Shown here one piece after another: positions 1-12,000 of a DNA stretch of 64,000 nucleotides (its first letter is position 1; each line of letters begins with the position of its first letter). A program made the position numbers and the translations under genes. Source of the DNA: Lingula anatina (taxonomy: Eukaryota > Animalia > Brachiopoda). The stretch is from the NCBI GenBank assembly GCA_051362555.1, contig CM120640.1, positions 44,804,788 to 44,868,787 of the forward strand. The letters are read 5' to 3'. The notes under the pieces were generated by a model. The model saw nothing but the letters and a program-made list of their open reading frames with translations. It was not told where the DNA came from and made no database searches.

Positions 1-45
1 TGTCCATCTATTTGTAACTGTGATAAATGATTTGTCCCATTTTAG

Positions 46-3000
46 GCAACTTCAAGAAAGACAGCAGAAAGAGGAATTGGAAAGGCAGCAGAGACTGAGG
101 GAAGAGGAGGAGAGAAGGCAGAAAGGCAAGCTAAAATAAATGTGATTTTTTTCGCTAAAAAAAACTTTTTATTGTAAATATTATGAACAAATGCAAATCA
201 AAAAAAAAAAAAAAAATTAATATTAATTCTTATACTGTAACAGATGATTTTGAAGTGTATGAATAGTATTTCACACTAAATTCTATTGAAATGAATTATA
301 TTTGGTATTCTTTTTGCAGAAGAAAGTGAAAGACAGAAACAAGAAGCAGAAAAAAAGAAGCAACAGTCATCAGTATTCAGCAATGCATTTGATGCATTTA
401 ATTCCATGTCCCAGCCAAACCAGCAGGATGTTTGGGGGGATGCATTTGGTTCACAGAGTCAAAAGTCCACATCAGATACTAATATATGGGGCAGTGCATT
501 TGGTACACAAAGTCAAACACAGAATGACACATGGGCAGATGCTTTCAGTTCAGGTAACCAAAATGGTATGTATTTATATCGGTGAGTTAAAATTTAATAT
601 TTAAGCCTGAAGCCAAATTTGTAAAATGAAAAATATAGTCATTGAAAAATTATATCTTGTAGAACAGTTAATTGCAAGTGGCTTTCTTATTTCTTCAATG
701 AAATAGGAGAATTTATCTGTAAAACGTGAAGCAAAAAGTGATAGTGATAAGTTATTGTATTGTTTTTAGCAAAGAAGAAGGGTGTCAAGCATAAAGCCTT
801 GTACAAATTTGAAGCCAGGAATGCTGATGAACTGTCTTTGGAAACAGGAGATATAGTTCAGGTCAGTGCACTTAATACAGCTCTTAGGGCATATCTTACA
901 ATATAAATAAATTTATTTAGAAGATAGGCACAGTGTAGTTTTTATGAGTGCTCTGGTTATATTGATGAAGGTAAAATAAGTACCATGATGTTGCTTGAGG
1001 TGAGAAAGATAAAAACAATGATATCCACCTTTGAACCTTTTGATTTTATGCTCTCTTTGATTATGCATAATTTCTTTCTGAACATTCTGTCCCTGAACAG
1101 TGGTGCTGGAATGTTACAGTAGAGCCAGCCTCATGGAAAATAATTTAGTATAAAAGATCTATATTTGTTTACTAGGTATTCTTGGACACCACAGGTGAGC
1201 CGGGCTGGGTCCAGGGAGAGAAGAATGGCCAAGTCGGCTGGTTCCCAGAGGCTTATGTAGGGAAAGCGGAGGAAGATGATGTGCCATCTGTAGGACCTGA
1301 TCAGAACACAGTCACTACAAGGTGTGTTTCATTTTGATAATGCCATTCTTGCAAAAAAAAAAAAAAAAAAAAAAAAATACAACTTTACTGTGGAGTGTGG
1401 AAAGATAGAGCATAAAAGTAAATAAAATAAAATAAAATAAGTAATTATCTGCATTTACCAAATGTATTAAGATTAAAATTCTTCTCTCTGCCTTTCTTTG
1501 AAATTTCTTACCCTTTTTGTCATGTTGGTACTATGCTTATCAATAATATTTTGTTTTGGGCTTCTTGATCACTGCACATAGTGCCATTGCTATGCTGACA
1601 ACAAACGAAAGGAGAAATGTGGAACTATGTTTTCTTTTACTTTAGTAATGAGACTCACAGTAATCAAGATATGGGCCAGCAGCAAGTGGTAAGCCACCTG
1701 TCCACCTCAGAAGCTTCTTCATTTACTGCAGTAGCACAACATGCAGAGGCTAACCAAGTAAGTGAAAACATGGACAACCCAGGAAGCATGTGAAGCATAG
1801 CTCAGTTTTGTGTCCATATTGAGCATGAAGGTTATTTATTTATTTATTTATTTATTATTTGAAAGACTTAAAGCAGAATTTGTGTTTCTCCAAATCTGGT
1901 GCCCTTTGCTAAAGAATTCTTCACTTAGCAATTTGGAATTCTCTAATTATACATAAGTATGCTGCATCAATATCTTTAAATGCAAAACTCAGATTTTGCT
2001 TATGGCAGGCATTGATATAAATATTTTGGATAAGGTTTACTACTTACTGTTGAGCTATCTTCTTTAATGGGTATTTCCTTTGACAAATTAAACTTTCTTT
2101 TGCAATTAATCCTTATGCACCTAATGATTTTTGTTATGTACAGACACAGATGTGTCTGTACATATTGCCATCACCTGCGTCTGTCGTCGCCGTCGCCGAT
2201 GCCGATGCCGATGCCGTCGCCGGCCCCGTGCACTTTCCTTGTAAACACGATAAGTGGAAGGCAGTTTCACTTTTTGGCTTTATATTTACAGAGCTGATGA
2301 ATATTCATAAAACGCAGGTCAAGTTCGAAAATCAGCATGATCGGGCCATTATTGTAGAAGTTATGCTGTTTTTTCTCTTTTCAGCATATATGCAACCCTG
2401 TAAACACATTTCAAGGAAAACCGTTAGGCTTGTTGTCACGAAACTCACAGGAGTAATCAATCTTACTAAAACGCAGGTCAAGTTCGAAAATCAGCATGAT
2501 CGGGCCACTATTTTAGTAGTTATGCGGTTTTTTCATTGTTCAGCATATATGCAACACTGTAAACACAATATAAGAAAAACAGAAAGCCCAATTGTCATTA
2601 AACTCACAGGAATGGTCAGTCTTACTAAAACGCAGGTTGAGTTCCAAAATCAGCATAATCGGGGCATTATTTTAGAAGTTATGCTGTTTTTTCACATTTC
2701 CTCAGATTTCCTCAGATTTAATTCTTAGGCATGTTAAAAGCCTTATTATTTAAGTAATAAGATACGTAAAAGTGTTTGTTTGACATTTCCTGCATCTTTA
2801 CAACATTGTTAGTTGATTATATAAAAATGATGGTAAACTTGTTATCATGTATTGTGTAATCAAGTGTCAAAAATGGAAATAAACTCATATCATTGCAGTT
2901 TGTCAGATTCAATCATCCACTATGTTCAGAATCTCAGAATGGAGGAAATTGGACATTTAACACTGTTCTATTGATACTTTTCTCATCTCATCAATTTTCT

Positions 3001-5989
3001 TAGTTGGTCATAAAAAAATGGCAACAAACTGTTTATTTTGTTTTATGTTTAAAAAAGTGTTAAAAATGGAAATAAACCCATGTCAGAACAGTGCTGTCTT
3101 GTTTCACATTTCCTCAGATTCAATTCTTAGGCATGTTAACAGTCTCATTATTTAACTAATAAGACATGTTAAAGTGTTTGGTTGACATTTCCTGTATCTT
3201 TACAACATTATTAGTTGATTATGTAAAACTGATGGTAAACTTGTTATCATGTATTGTGTAATAAAGTTTCAAAAATGGAAATAAACTCATATCATTGCAG
3301 TTTGTCAGATGCAATCATTCACTATGTTTAGAATCTCAGAATGGAGGAAATTGGACATTTAACACTGTTGTATTTATATTTTTCCCATCTCATCAATTTT
3401 CTTAGTTGATCATATAAAGATGGCAATAACCTGTTAATTTTGTTTTATGTTAAAAAAATTGTTAAAAATGGAAAAAAAACATTTCAGAACAGTGCTGTCT
3501 TGTTTACATTTTGGCATTTTCAAGTTGTGACTTTGAAGTTCCATATGGGCCTGAAGACCTTTGCTAGTCACATTTTCTGAATATCCATGATACTAATATT
3601 TTATTATTAAAGTTGATGGTCATTATGCTGTTAAACATTATGTAATATTGCATCAAAATTTGAAAAAAAAACTATTTTGGGCACTGCTCCCATGATGACC
3701 ATTTAAGAAAAACAATGTCACTTACTGTTCTCAAACAGTACAGTAAATATGTACAGATGTGTCTGTACATATTGCCATCACCTGTATCTGCCGTTGCCGC
3801 CGTCACTGTCACCGGCGCTGGCGCCGTGCACTTTCATTGTAAACATGATAAGTGGAAGGCAGTTTTACTTTTTGGCTGTATGTTTACAGAGCTGATGAAT
3901 ATTCATAAAACGCAGGTCAAGTTTGAAAATCAGCATGATCGGGCCATTTGAAGGGAAGTTATGCTGTTTTTTTAACTTTTCAGCATATATGCAACACTGT
4001 AAACACATTTCAAGGAAAACTGATAGGCCTGTTGTCATGAAACTCACAGGAGTAATCGATCTTATTATAACGCAGGTCAGGTTCGAAAATCGGCATGATC
4101 GGGCCACTGTTTTAGTAGTTATGCTTTTTTTTTCACTTTTCAGCATATATGCAACACAGTAAATACAATGTAAGAAAAACAGATGGGCCAATTGTCATGA
4201 AACTCACAGGAGTGGTCATTCCTGCTAAAACGCAGGTTGAGTTCAAAAATCAGCTTAATCGGGCCATTATTTCAAAGAAATGCCGTTTTTTCACATTTCC
4301 TCAGATTCATTTCTTAGGCATGTTAACAGTTTCATTATTTAATTAATAAGATATGTAAAAGTGTTTGTTTGGCATTTCCTGCATCTTTACAACATTATTA
4401 GTTGATTATGTAAAAATGATGGTAAACTTGTTATCGTGTATTGTGTAATAAAGTTTCAAAAATGGAAATAAACTCATATCATTGCAGTTTGTCAGATTCA
4501 ATCATTAAAATTTTGCATCAGAATTGACAGTAGCCTATTTTGTGCATAGTTATTTCCTGTTTTTTTGTCTGTACATTTGACAGCTTTGCTGCCTTGTTCT
4601 GAATGCCATCTACATGAATATATGAGAGGAAGAAAGTGAAAGAAAACAAGATGGAATGATTATTTCTGGGATATTACTGACATGTATCTGTAATTCACAC
4701 GGGTTTTGTAAGCAAGCACAGCTTGGCTTTTATTTGTGAAATGTTTGAGAATTTGTTTGCTCGCTTTTCAAGTCTTTGTCAGCATGTGGTTTAGCATAGG
4801 AAGTTGTCAAACACATTTCAAAATTGGTTGATTAATATGATCGGTATGTCATTCATCAGTTTTATAACAAAAAGAAGATAAGATACTAAAAGACATTTTG
4901 ACAAAGGCTGGCACTAATAGAAGAAAGACAAGCAATACTCTTTTCAAGGCAATCATGAACAGTCATGGATGTTGTTCTAAAACATAATGTGTAGCAGTGC
5001 AGAGGTGGGTTATTGGTGGTGTTTGCAGTGGTTGACTTGGCTTTTCAGCAGCAGCAGCAACCTGCAGAGAGTTCAGAGAGTCTGCAAGCTCAGGCTCTGT
5101 ACCCATGGAGGGCCAAGAAGGACAACCACCTGACATTCAACAAAGGTGATGTGATCACTGTGCTGGAGCAACAGGACATGTGGTGGTCTGGAAAGCTGCA
5201 TGGAAAAGTAAGATTTGTAGAGGCAAAAGCTTGGAATAAAGCCTGTAGAATGATGGATATGATGAGACTGTGGGTCATTTGTGAAGTGGACAGAAAGTGC
5301 GTAATCTGGAGAGAAAATGGGTGTGGCATTTGTAAGGCTAAATATGAATAAAACCAGATGAAGAAAGAGCTGTAGTTCTTTTCATCTTTGTCTTTGTATA
5401 ACATGAAAAAGTCCCCAAGTTGTAGAACATAAAATTAGAATATACTAAAAGCACATTGATAGCTAGCTGCTGCAGATTGCGCTTACAGCTTATTTTATTT
5501 CAAATCTGCGAGAAAAATCAGGATCACTTCCATTCCACACCTTGTTAAATGGAATGATGTTTATGTATTCAAATCCCAATTATATAAGTTTTAATTTTAA
5601 AACTTACTTCTGTATTTTAGATTGGTTGGTTTCCTAAATCTTATGTAAAACTGATAGGACAGGCTCCAGCAGCTGATAGTTCAGCAAGGTAAGTAAATGA
5701 CTGCACTTTTTTATATTCACATAAGAAAACTACTGTAGTTTCTAAACTAATTTATTCCAGTATTGTTATATAAATATTTTTATTATAATTATAATTGGGA
5801 CAATTTAATTAAAATAATGAAACATTGCTAATTTGTTTTTAGTTCTGAGGTATCAGCTGTGACATCAGAGCAAGAAATAGTCTCTGATGAAAGGTCAGAC
5901 ACCCCAGTAAATCCACCACCAGCTGTAGATCTGAAGATTACAGTGGAGCCACCTCAAGGAGGTAATAGCATGCTTATATTTTGGTTTGT

Positions 5990-6028
<39 letters not shown>

Positions 6029-9000
6029 ATGGAAAACACTTCATATGCAATAATTACTTTTAAATTCAAATAATACTGATTAATTGTATTTCATTAAAGA
6101 TATTTTTTTAGTATTACCTTAAGTATGGGATTTAAAATTATTTCTGAACTTAATAGCAAGTTTAGTGCATTTGAAAAAATATGTTTTTGTAAACAGCAGT
6201 GAGTGATAAATTTTGAAAATAATGAAATAGTAAGATATAAGCTGTTTAAGAATTTCTTAGTAGTAATTACAAGGCTTTGAATTAATTCAGACAAGTTATC
6301 CTCTAACCATTTTCAATTCCAGATGACTTGTATGTAGCCATGTACAACTACATATCAGGGGAGGCAGGAGATCTGAGCTTTAACCAAGGTGATATCATCA
6401 CTATCACCAGTAAAGATGGCGACTGGTGGACCGGGACATTAAATGATAAAACTGGAATCTTCCCTGCAAATTATGTTAAGAAGATGGAATCACAGGTAAA
6501 GCCAAACATACTGCATGTTAGCCAACAGTTGTTTGATACTTGCCTTGCTGTTGTTATAATATAAATATTATTTAGTATTAATGTTATTGACTTTTGCATG
6601 TCATTGGACCTTTTATTAAATGTGTGATACTTGTTTTATCTGTTTTTAATTAGGACATGGCTTGAGTGACAAATAAAATTGCTCTATAATGCTCTTTTTT
6701 CTTACTTTTCCCCCCCATAGACTGCACACTCCTAGTTTGTATTTCTTTGTTGACAGCACATTAATTTGCTTCTGATGCAATGAAGAAACCTTTTTCATAA
6801 TGCAGTGTTTATTCACAAATGTATATTCACAAATGTACAATGCATCTGTATAGACAAGATTTATATAACTAGTTTTTAGTTGTTTTTTTTATGTACTAAC
6901 TTACCTTGTGTTTTCTTTTTTCTTGTTTTTGTGTGTTTTCTCCTTTCTGTGTGTGGCTGCTTTCTACTGACCAGGGTGAGAATGGGGAAGACACTGATAT
7001 ATTTTCACTAGGAGCCCCGCTCCCTGCTGTCACAGCCAGGCCAGCAGTAAGAAACAGTGATATGTCCATCCTTCCTAAGCTAAAAATATAGTTTGGAATT
7101 GTAATTACTGCAAGCAGCAAGCTGTTTTATAAGAGGAGTGATGTGTTTGGACATTTTTTTATCTGTGGCATTGTTTGTTTTGTTAGTTATTATTTTGCCT
7201 ATCTGCATTGCTGTGTGTATTCAAGTACAAATTTTAGATGAAAGCATTTGACAAATCGATTTTCTTTACAGTGTTAGTCAACACAAATTTAAAATTCATG
7301 AACCACTTTTCCAGCTGCTTGCTGTAATAATGATATTACAGGATCTTTGCACGTTTTAACCTTAGATAACCATTTTGAGTCTGAAACTCCTTTTTGATGA
7401 TATAACACATTATACTTGTTTTTACTACTTTTGCAAACCAAAGATTTGGTCTCATAATCCCAATCCCAAAATCTCATTTTTATTCAGCTTTATTGTTTGC
7501 TTTGCATTTAGTTTTGTAGACAATGCCCATAGTCATAGATTATTAAGTTACCAGTGTTGTATGTTGCTCTACAAATGTCAAATAGATAAGGAAGTTGTTA
7601 TTTTTAATAGCCATATGTTTGATTTATAAGATTTATTGCATTATTTTCTTCCAGCCAAGTTTGAAACTTGCAGGGAAAAAGCCAGGTAAGTATAATCACA
7701 AATTCCTCATTAGAATTTTTTACTTACTTGAAATAAATAGTTATTTAATATCTTCATACTAAAATGCTCAGATAATGATATTTTTATGGTAAATCAAAAT
7801 AAGTTATTTAACATAAAATCTCATAATTTTGAATTGTAAAAAAGGTATTTATTCTTAGCTGAAATTACAATTACAGTGATCATTCTAAATGATAAAAATA
7901 TTGTTGCATGCAGAGATAGCATCAGTGATAGCAGCATACACAGCCACTGGTGAAGAACAGTTGTCCTTGAAGCCTGGCCAGTTAATACATGTCCGCAAGA
8001 AGAGCCCCAGTGGATGGTGGGAGGGAGAATTACAGGTGCGTTGAAAGAACAGAGTGAAGTGATCTTCACTTATTGTACCACCAGCGTAGGCGCTGGCGGT
8101 ACACATGGTTTTAGTCCCGACCCGTATGTTCCGCCGGCTCCTGCGGCTCCGCCGGCTCCTGCGGCTCCGTCGCCAAGTCACCGTTACCGCTTCTCCTCCT
8201 AGACGGTAAGGGCCTCCATACCCATCTCTTGGATTTAGGTCACGTATAATCTCAACTCGTTCCACGTAAAATTTGGGCTTTGTCAGTATTGGGGTCTAGG
8301 TGTGGCACTCATTGCAATGCACCCTTGTCCAAAAATGGCAAAATTAAATGCTAATTATCTCCCCTACGGAAGGAATTATGGAAAAAAATTTCTACAGACA
8401 GCTTTCCAAAAGTCATATGTGTAGATTTCAAATATGCCCTTGGATTTGACCTTTGACCTTTATTTCAAGGTCAAACGGGCCAATATTTTCAAAAAAACAA
8501 AATTTTTGCCGAAAAAAAAATTATTTGCGCTCTTATTCAGACACCACACAGACTTAACTAATAATATTAATGGAAAGTGTTACCCTTCGGGTCATCTTTC
8601 ATCTCCGTGAATTTGGGGTCAATCGGTGCATTTTCACGGGAGTAGCGGCCATAAGATATCGAAACTGAAAACTGTCTCTAATTCGGGAACCGTTAATGCT
8701 AGACACCCATTCTTTTTATGTACAGACACAGATGTGTCTGTACATATTGCCATCACCTGCGTCTGTCGTCGCCGATCATGTCGCCGTCGCCGTCGCCGTC
8801 GCCGTGCACTTTCAGCGTTAACACCATAAGTGGAAGACAGTTTTACTTTGTGGCTTTATATTTACAGAGCTGACTAATATTCACAAAACGCAGGTCAAGT
8901 TCGAAAATCAGCATGATCGGGCCATTATTGTAGAATTTATGCTGTTTTTTCACTTTTTAGCATATATGCAACACTGTTAACACATTTCAAGGAAAACCGA

Positions 9001-12000
9001 TAGGCCTGTTGTCATGAAACTCACAGGAGTAATCAGTCTTACTAAAACGCAGATCAAGTTCGAAAATCGGCATGATCGGGCCACCATTTTAGTAGTTATG
9101 CTGTTTTTTCACTTTTCAGCATATATGCAACACTGTTAACACATTTTAAGGAAAACTGATAGACCTGTTGTCATGAAACTCACAGGAGTAATCAATCTTA
9201 CTAAAACGCAGGTCAAGTTCGAAAATCGGCATGATCGGGCCACTATTTTACTAGTTATGCTGTTTTTTTACACTTTTCAGCATATATGCAACACTGTAAA
9301 CACAATATAAGAAAAACAGATGGGCCAATTGTCATGAAAGTCACAGGAGTGGTCAATTTTACTAAAATGCAGGTTGAGTTCATAAATCAGCATAATGGTG
9401 CCATTATTTTAGAAGGTATGCTGTTTTTTCACATTTCCTCAGATTCAATTTTTAGGCATGTTAACAGTCTCATTATTAAACTAATAAGATACGTGAAAGT
9501 GTTTGTTTGACATTTCCTGCATCTTTACAACATTGTTAGTTGGTTTTGTAAAAATGTTGGTAAACATGTTATCGTGTATTGTGTAATAAAGTTTCAAAAA
9601 TGGAAATAAACTCATATCATTGCAGTTTGTCAGATTCAATCATCCACTATGTTCAGAATCTCAGAATGGAAGAAATTGGACATTTAACACTGCTCTATTG
9701 ATATTTTTCTCATCTCATCAATTTTCTTAGTTGATCATATAAAAATGGCAATAAACTGTTAATTTTGTTTTATGTTAAAAATTGTTATAAATGGGGAAAA
9801 AACATTTCAGAACAGTGCTGTCTCGTTTACATTTTGGCATTTTCAAGTTGAGACTTTGAAGTTCCATGGGCCTGAAGACCTTTGCTAGTCACATTTTCTG
9901 AATATCCATGATACCAATATTTTATTCTTAAAAATTGATGGTCATTATGCTGTTAAACATTACGTAATATTGCATCAAAATTTGAAAAAAACCTATTTTG
10001 GGCACTGCTCCCATGATTACCTTTTAAGAAAAACCATGTCACTTACTGTTCTCAAACTTACAGGAAAGAAACATGGGACTAAAATACAGCTTCAGTAGGC
10101 AATGCAATCTGCCAGTTAAACAGTTCTTTTGTGAAAATTTAATTTTTCACATATTGGCATTTTCAAGGTGTGACTTTGAAGTTCCACAGGCTTGAAGACC
10201 CAGGCTAGTCACATTTTCTGAAAATCCATGATACATATATTTTGTTATTAAAAATTGATTGTCATTATGCAGTTAACCATTATGTAATATTGCATCAGAA
10301 TAGAAGAAAACACAATTTTGGATGCTGCTGCCATGATGACCATTATGGGAAAACCATGTTACTTATGATTGCCAAACTTTCAAAAAAGAAATACAGGACT
10401 AAAATGCAGCCTGAGTTGGAAAAGCAGTCTAATTGACTTCTTTTTCTGGAAGTTTTACATTTTCAAAGTGTGAACTTGAACTCCCATGGGCCTGAAGCCT
10501 TATGCTTGTTTCACATTTTACTTACATTGGTATTACCTGTTGAGCATAATTAAAATTTGATGTTGAATTTGCAGTTTAACATAATGTACTTTTGCATCAG
10601 AATTGACAGTAGCCTATTATGTTATTTCCTGCTTTTTGTCTGTACATTTGACAGCTTTGCTGCCTTGTTTGCATTTTGTAGAGCATGTAAAGCCCAACAC
10701 TGGAGGTGGTCTCCATTTTTTTGTATTCCATACGGTTTTCGAGTTACGCTGTATCAAAAAGTACATATTGGTGGTGAAAGCAAAATGTGCAGTACGGTAA
10801 TGGATAATAAATTTTGAACTTCGGAAAAATAAAACATAAGGCTTGGCAAAGCAGACAACTTGTGGTCAAAAATGACATTAATCCATCAAATTTGAACATC
10901 TGGAACTTCAGAGCACCTCCCATTTCAAGAATTTTGACCAAAATGACCTTTTCTTTATTTTAATTAATTTTTTCTGTAGGAAATTTATGGCACATTATGG
11001 TAACTCCAAAATTATACCATTTAGTCCCTTATATCTCCAAAACTGGCAGAGATAGGTCCATAGTTACTATTGAAGTTGAATAGGAAGTCATATACTGGCA
11101 ATCTACATGTGACCTTAAAATTGACCTTTGACCTACTTTTCACCATGAACTTAACTTTGCAAAATTTGCTTCCCTTTTATCTCCAAAACTGGCAGAGATA
11201 GGTCCATAGTTTCTATTGTAGTTGAATAGGAAGTCATATACTGGCAATCTAAATGTGACCTTAAGATTGATCTTTGACCTACTTTTCACCATGAACTGAA
11301 CTTCACAAATTTTGCTTCCCTTTTATCTCCAAAACTGGCAGAGATAGGTCCATAGTTACTATTGAACATGAATAGGAAGTCATATACTGGCAATCTAAAT
11401 GTGACCTTAAAATTGACCTTTGACCTACTTTTCACCATGGACTGAACTTTGCAAATTTTGCTTCCCTTTTATCTCCAAAACTGGCAGAGATAGGTCCATA
11501 GTCTCTATTGAAGTTGAATAGGAAGTCATATACTGGCAATCTTAAAGTGACCTTAAAATTGACCTTTGACCTACTTTTCACCATGAACTGAACTTTGCAT
11601 ATTTTGCTTCCCCTTTATCTCCAAAACTGGCAGAGATAGGTCCATAGTTACTATTGAACGTGAATAGGAAGTCATATACTGGCAATCTAAGTGTGACCTT
11701 GAAATTGACCTTTGACCTACTTATTATCATGAACTGAATTCTGCTAATTTCTTTCTCTTTTAACTCCAAACCTGGCAGAGATAGGCACATAGTTACTATT
11801 GAAGTTGAATAGGAAGTCATATACTGGCAATTTACTGTGACCTTGGAATTGACCTTTGACCTACCTTACGATAAACTTATATATATATTTTTTGCATATT
11901 TTGAAAATTTTTGTTGAATGCATTTTTACAGCTTGTCAAGCACAAGACTGGTGGCTGTGTTCCTTATTTTGTGTATGTGGGGGTCTATACGAATGCGCTT

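Noticed and set aside
302-604. 100-aa ORF from the track
   Set aside because: Wrong frame; the real exon (320-565) is read in another frame.
862-1175. Possible equivalent of the vertebrate neuronal 15-nt SH3A micro-exon (VKGEW)
   Set aside because: The intron position matches, but I found no convincing AG-15nt-GT exon with a good pyrimidine tract.
2150-2728. 192-aa ORF and its relatives (3715, 9286, 33681, 43602, 10242, 25145, 32338) resembling a repeated protein family
   Set aside because: They are translations of family A tandem repeats, with frameshifts between copies and no Rep/helicase or transposase motifs.
7885-8265. 126-aa ORF with RRS repeats and overlapping PPAPAA ORF
   Set aside because: Derived from the GC-rich minisatellite of family B plus the antisense of an ITSN exon.
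11032-11862. Regular repeat array superficially like CRISPR
   Set aside because: Whole 146-bp units repeat with no unique spacers; eukaryotic context and no cas genes.
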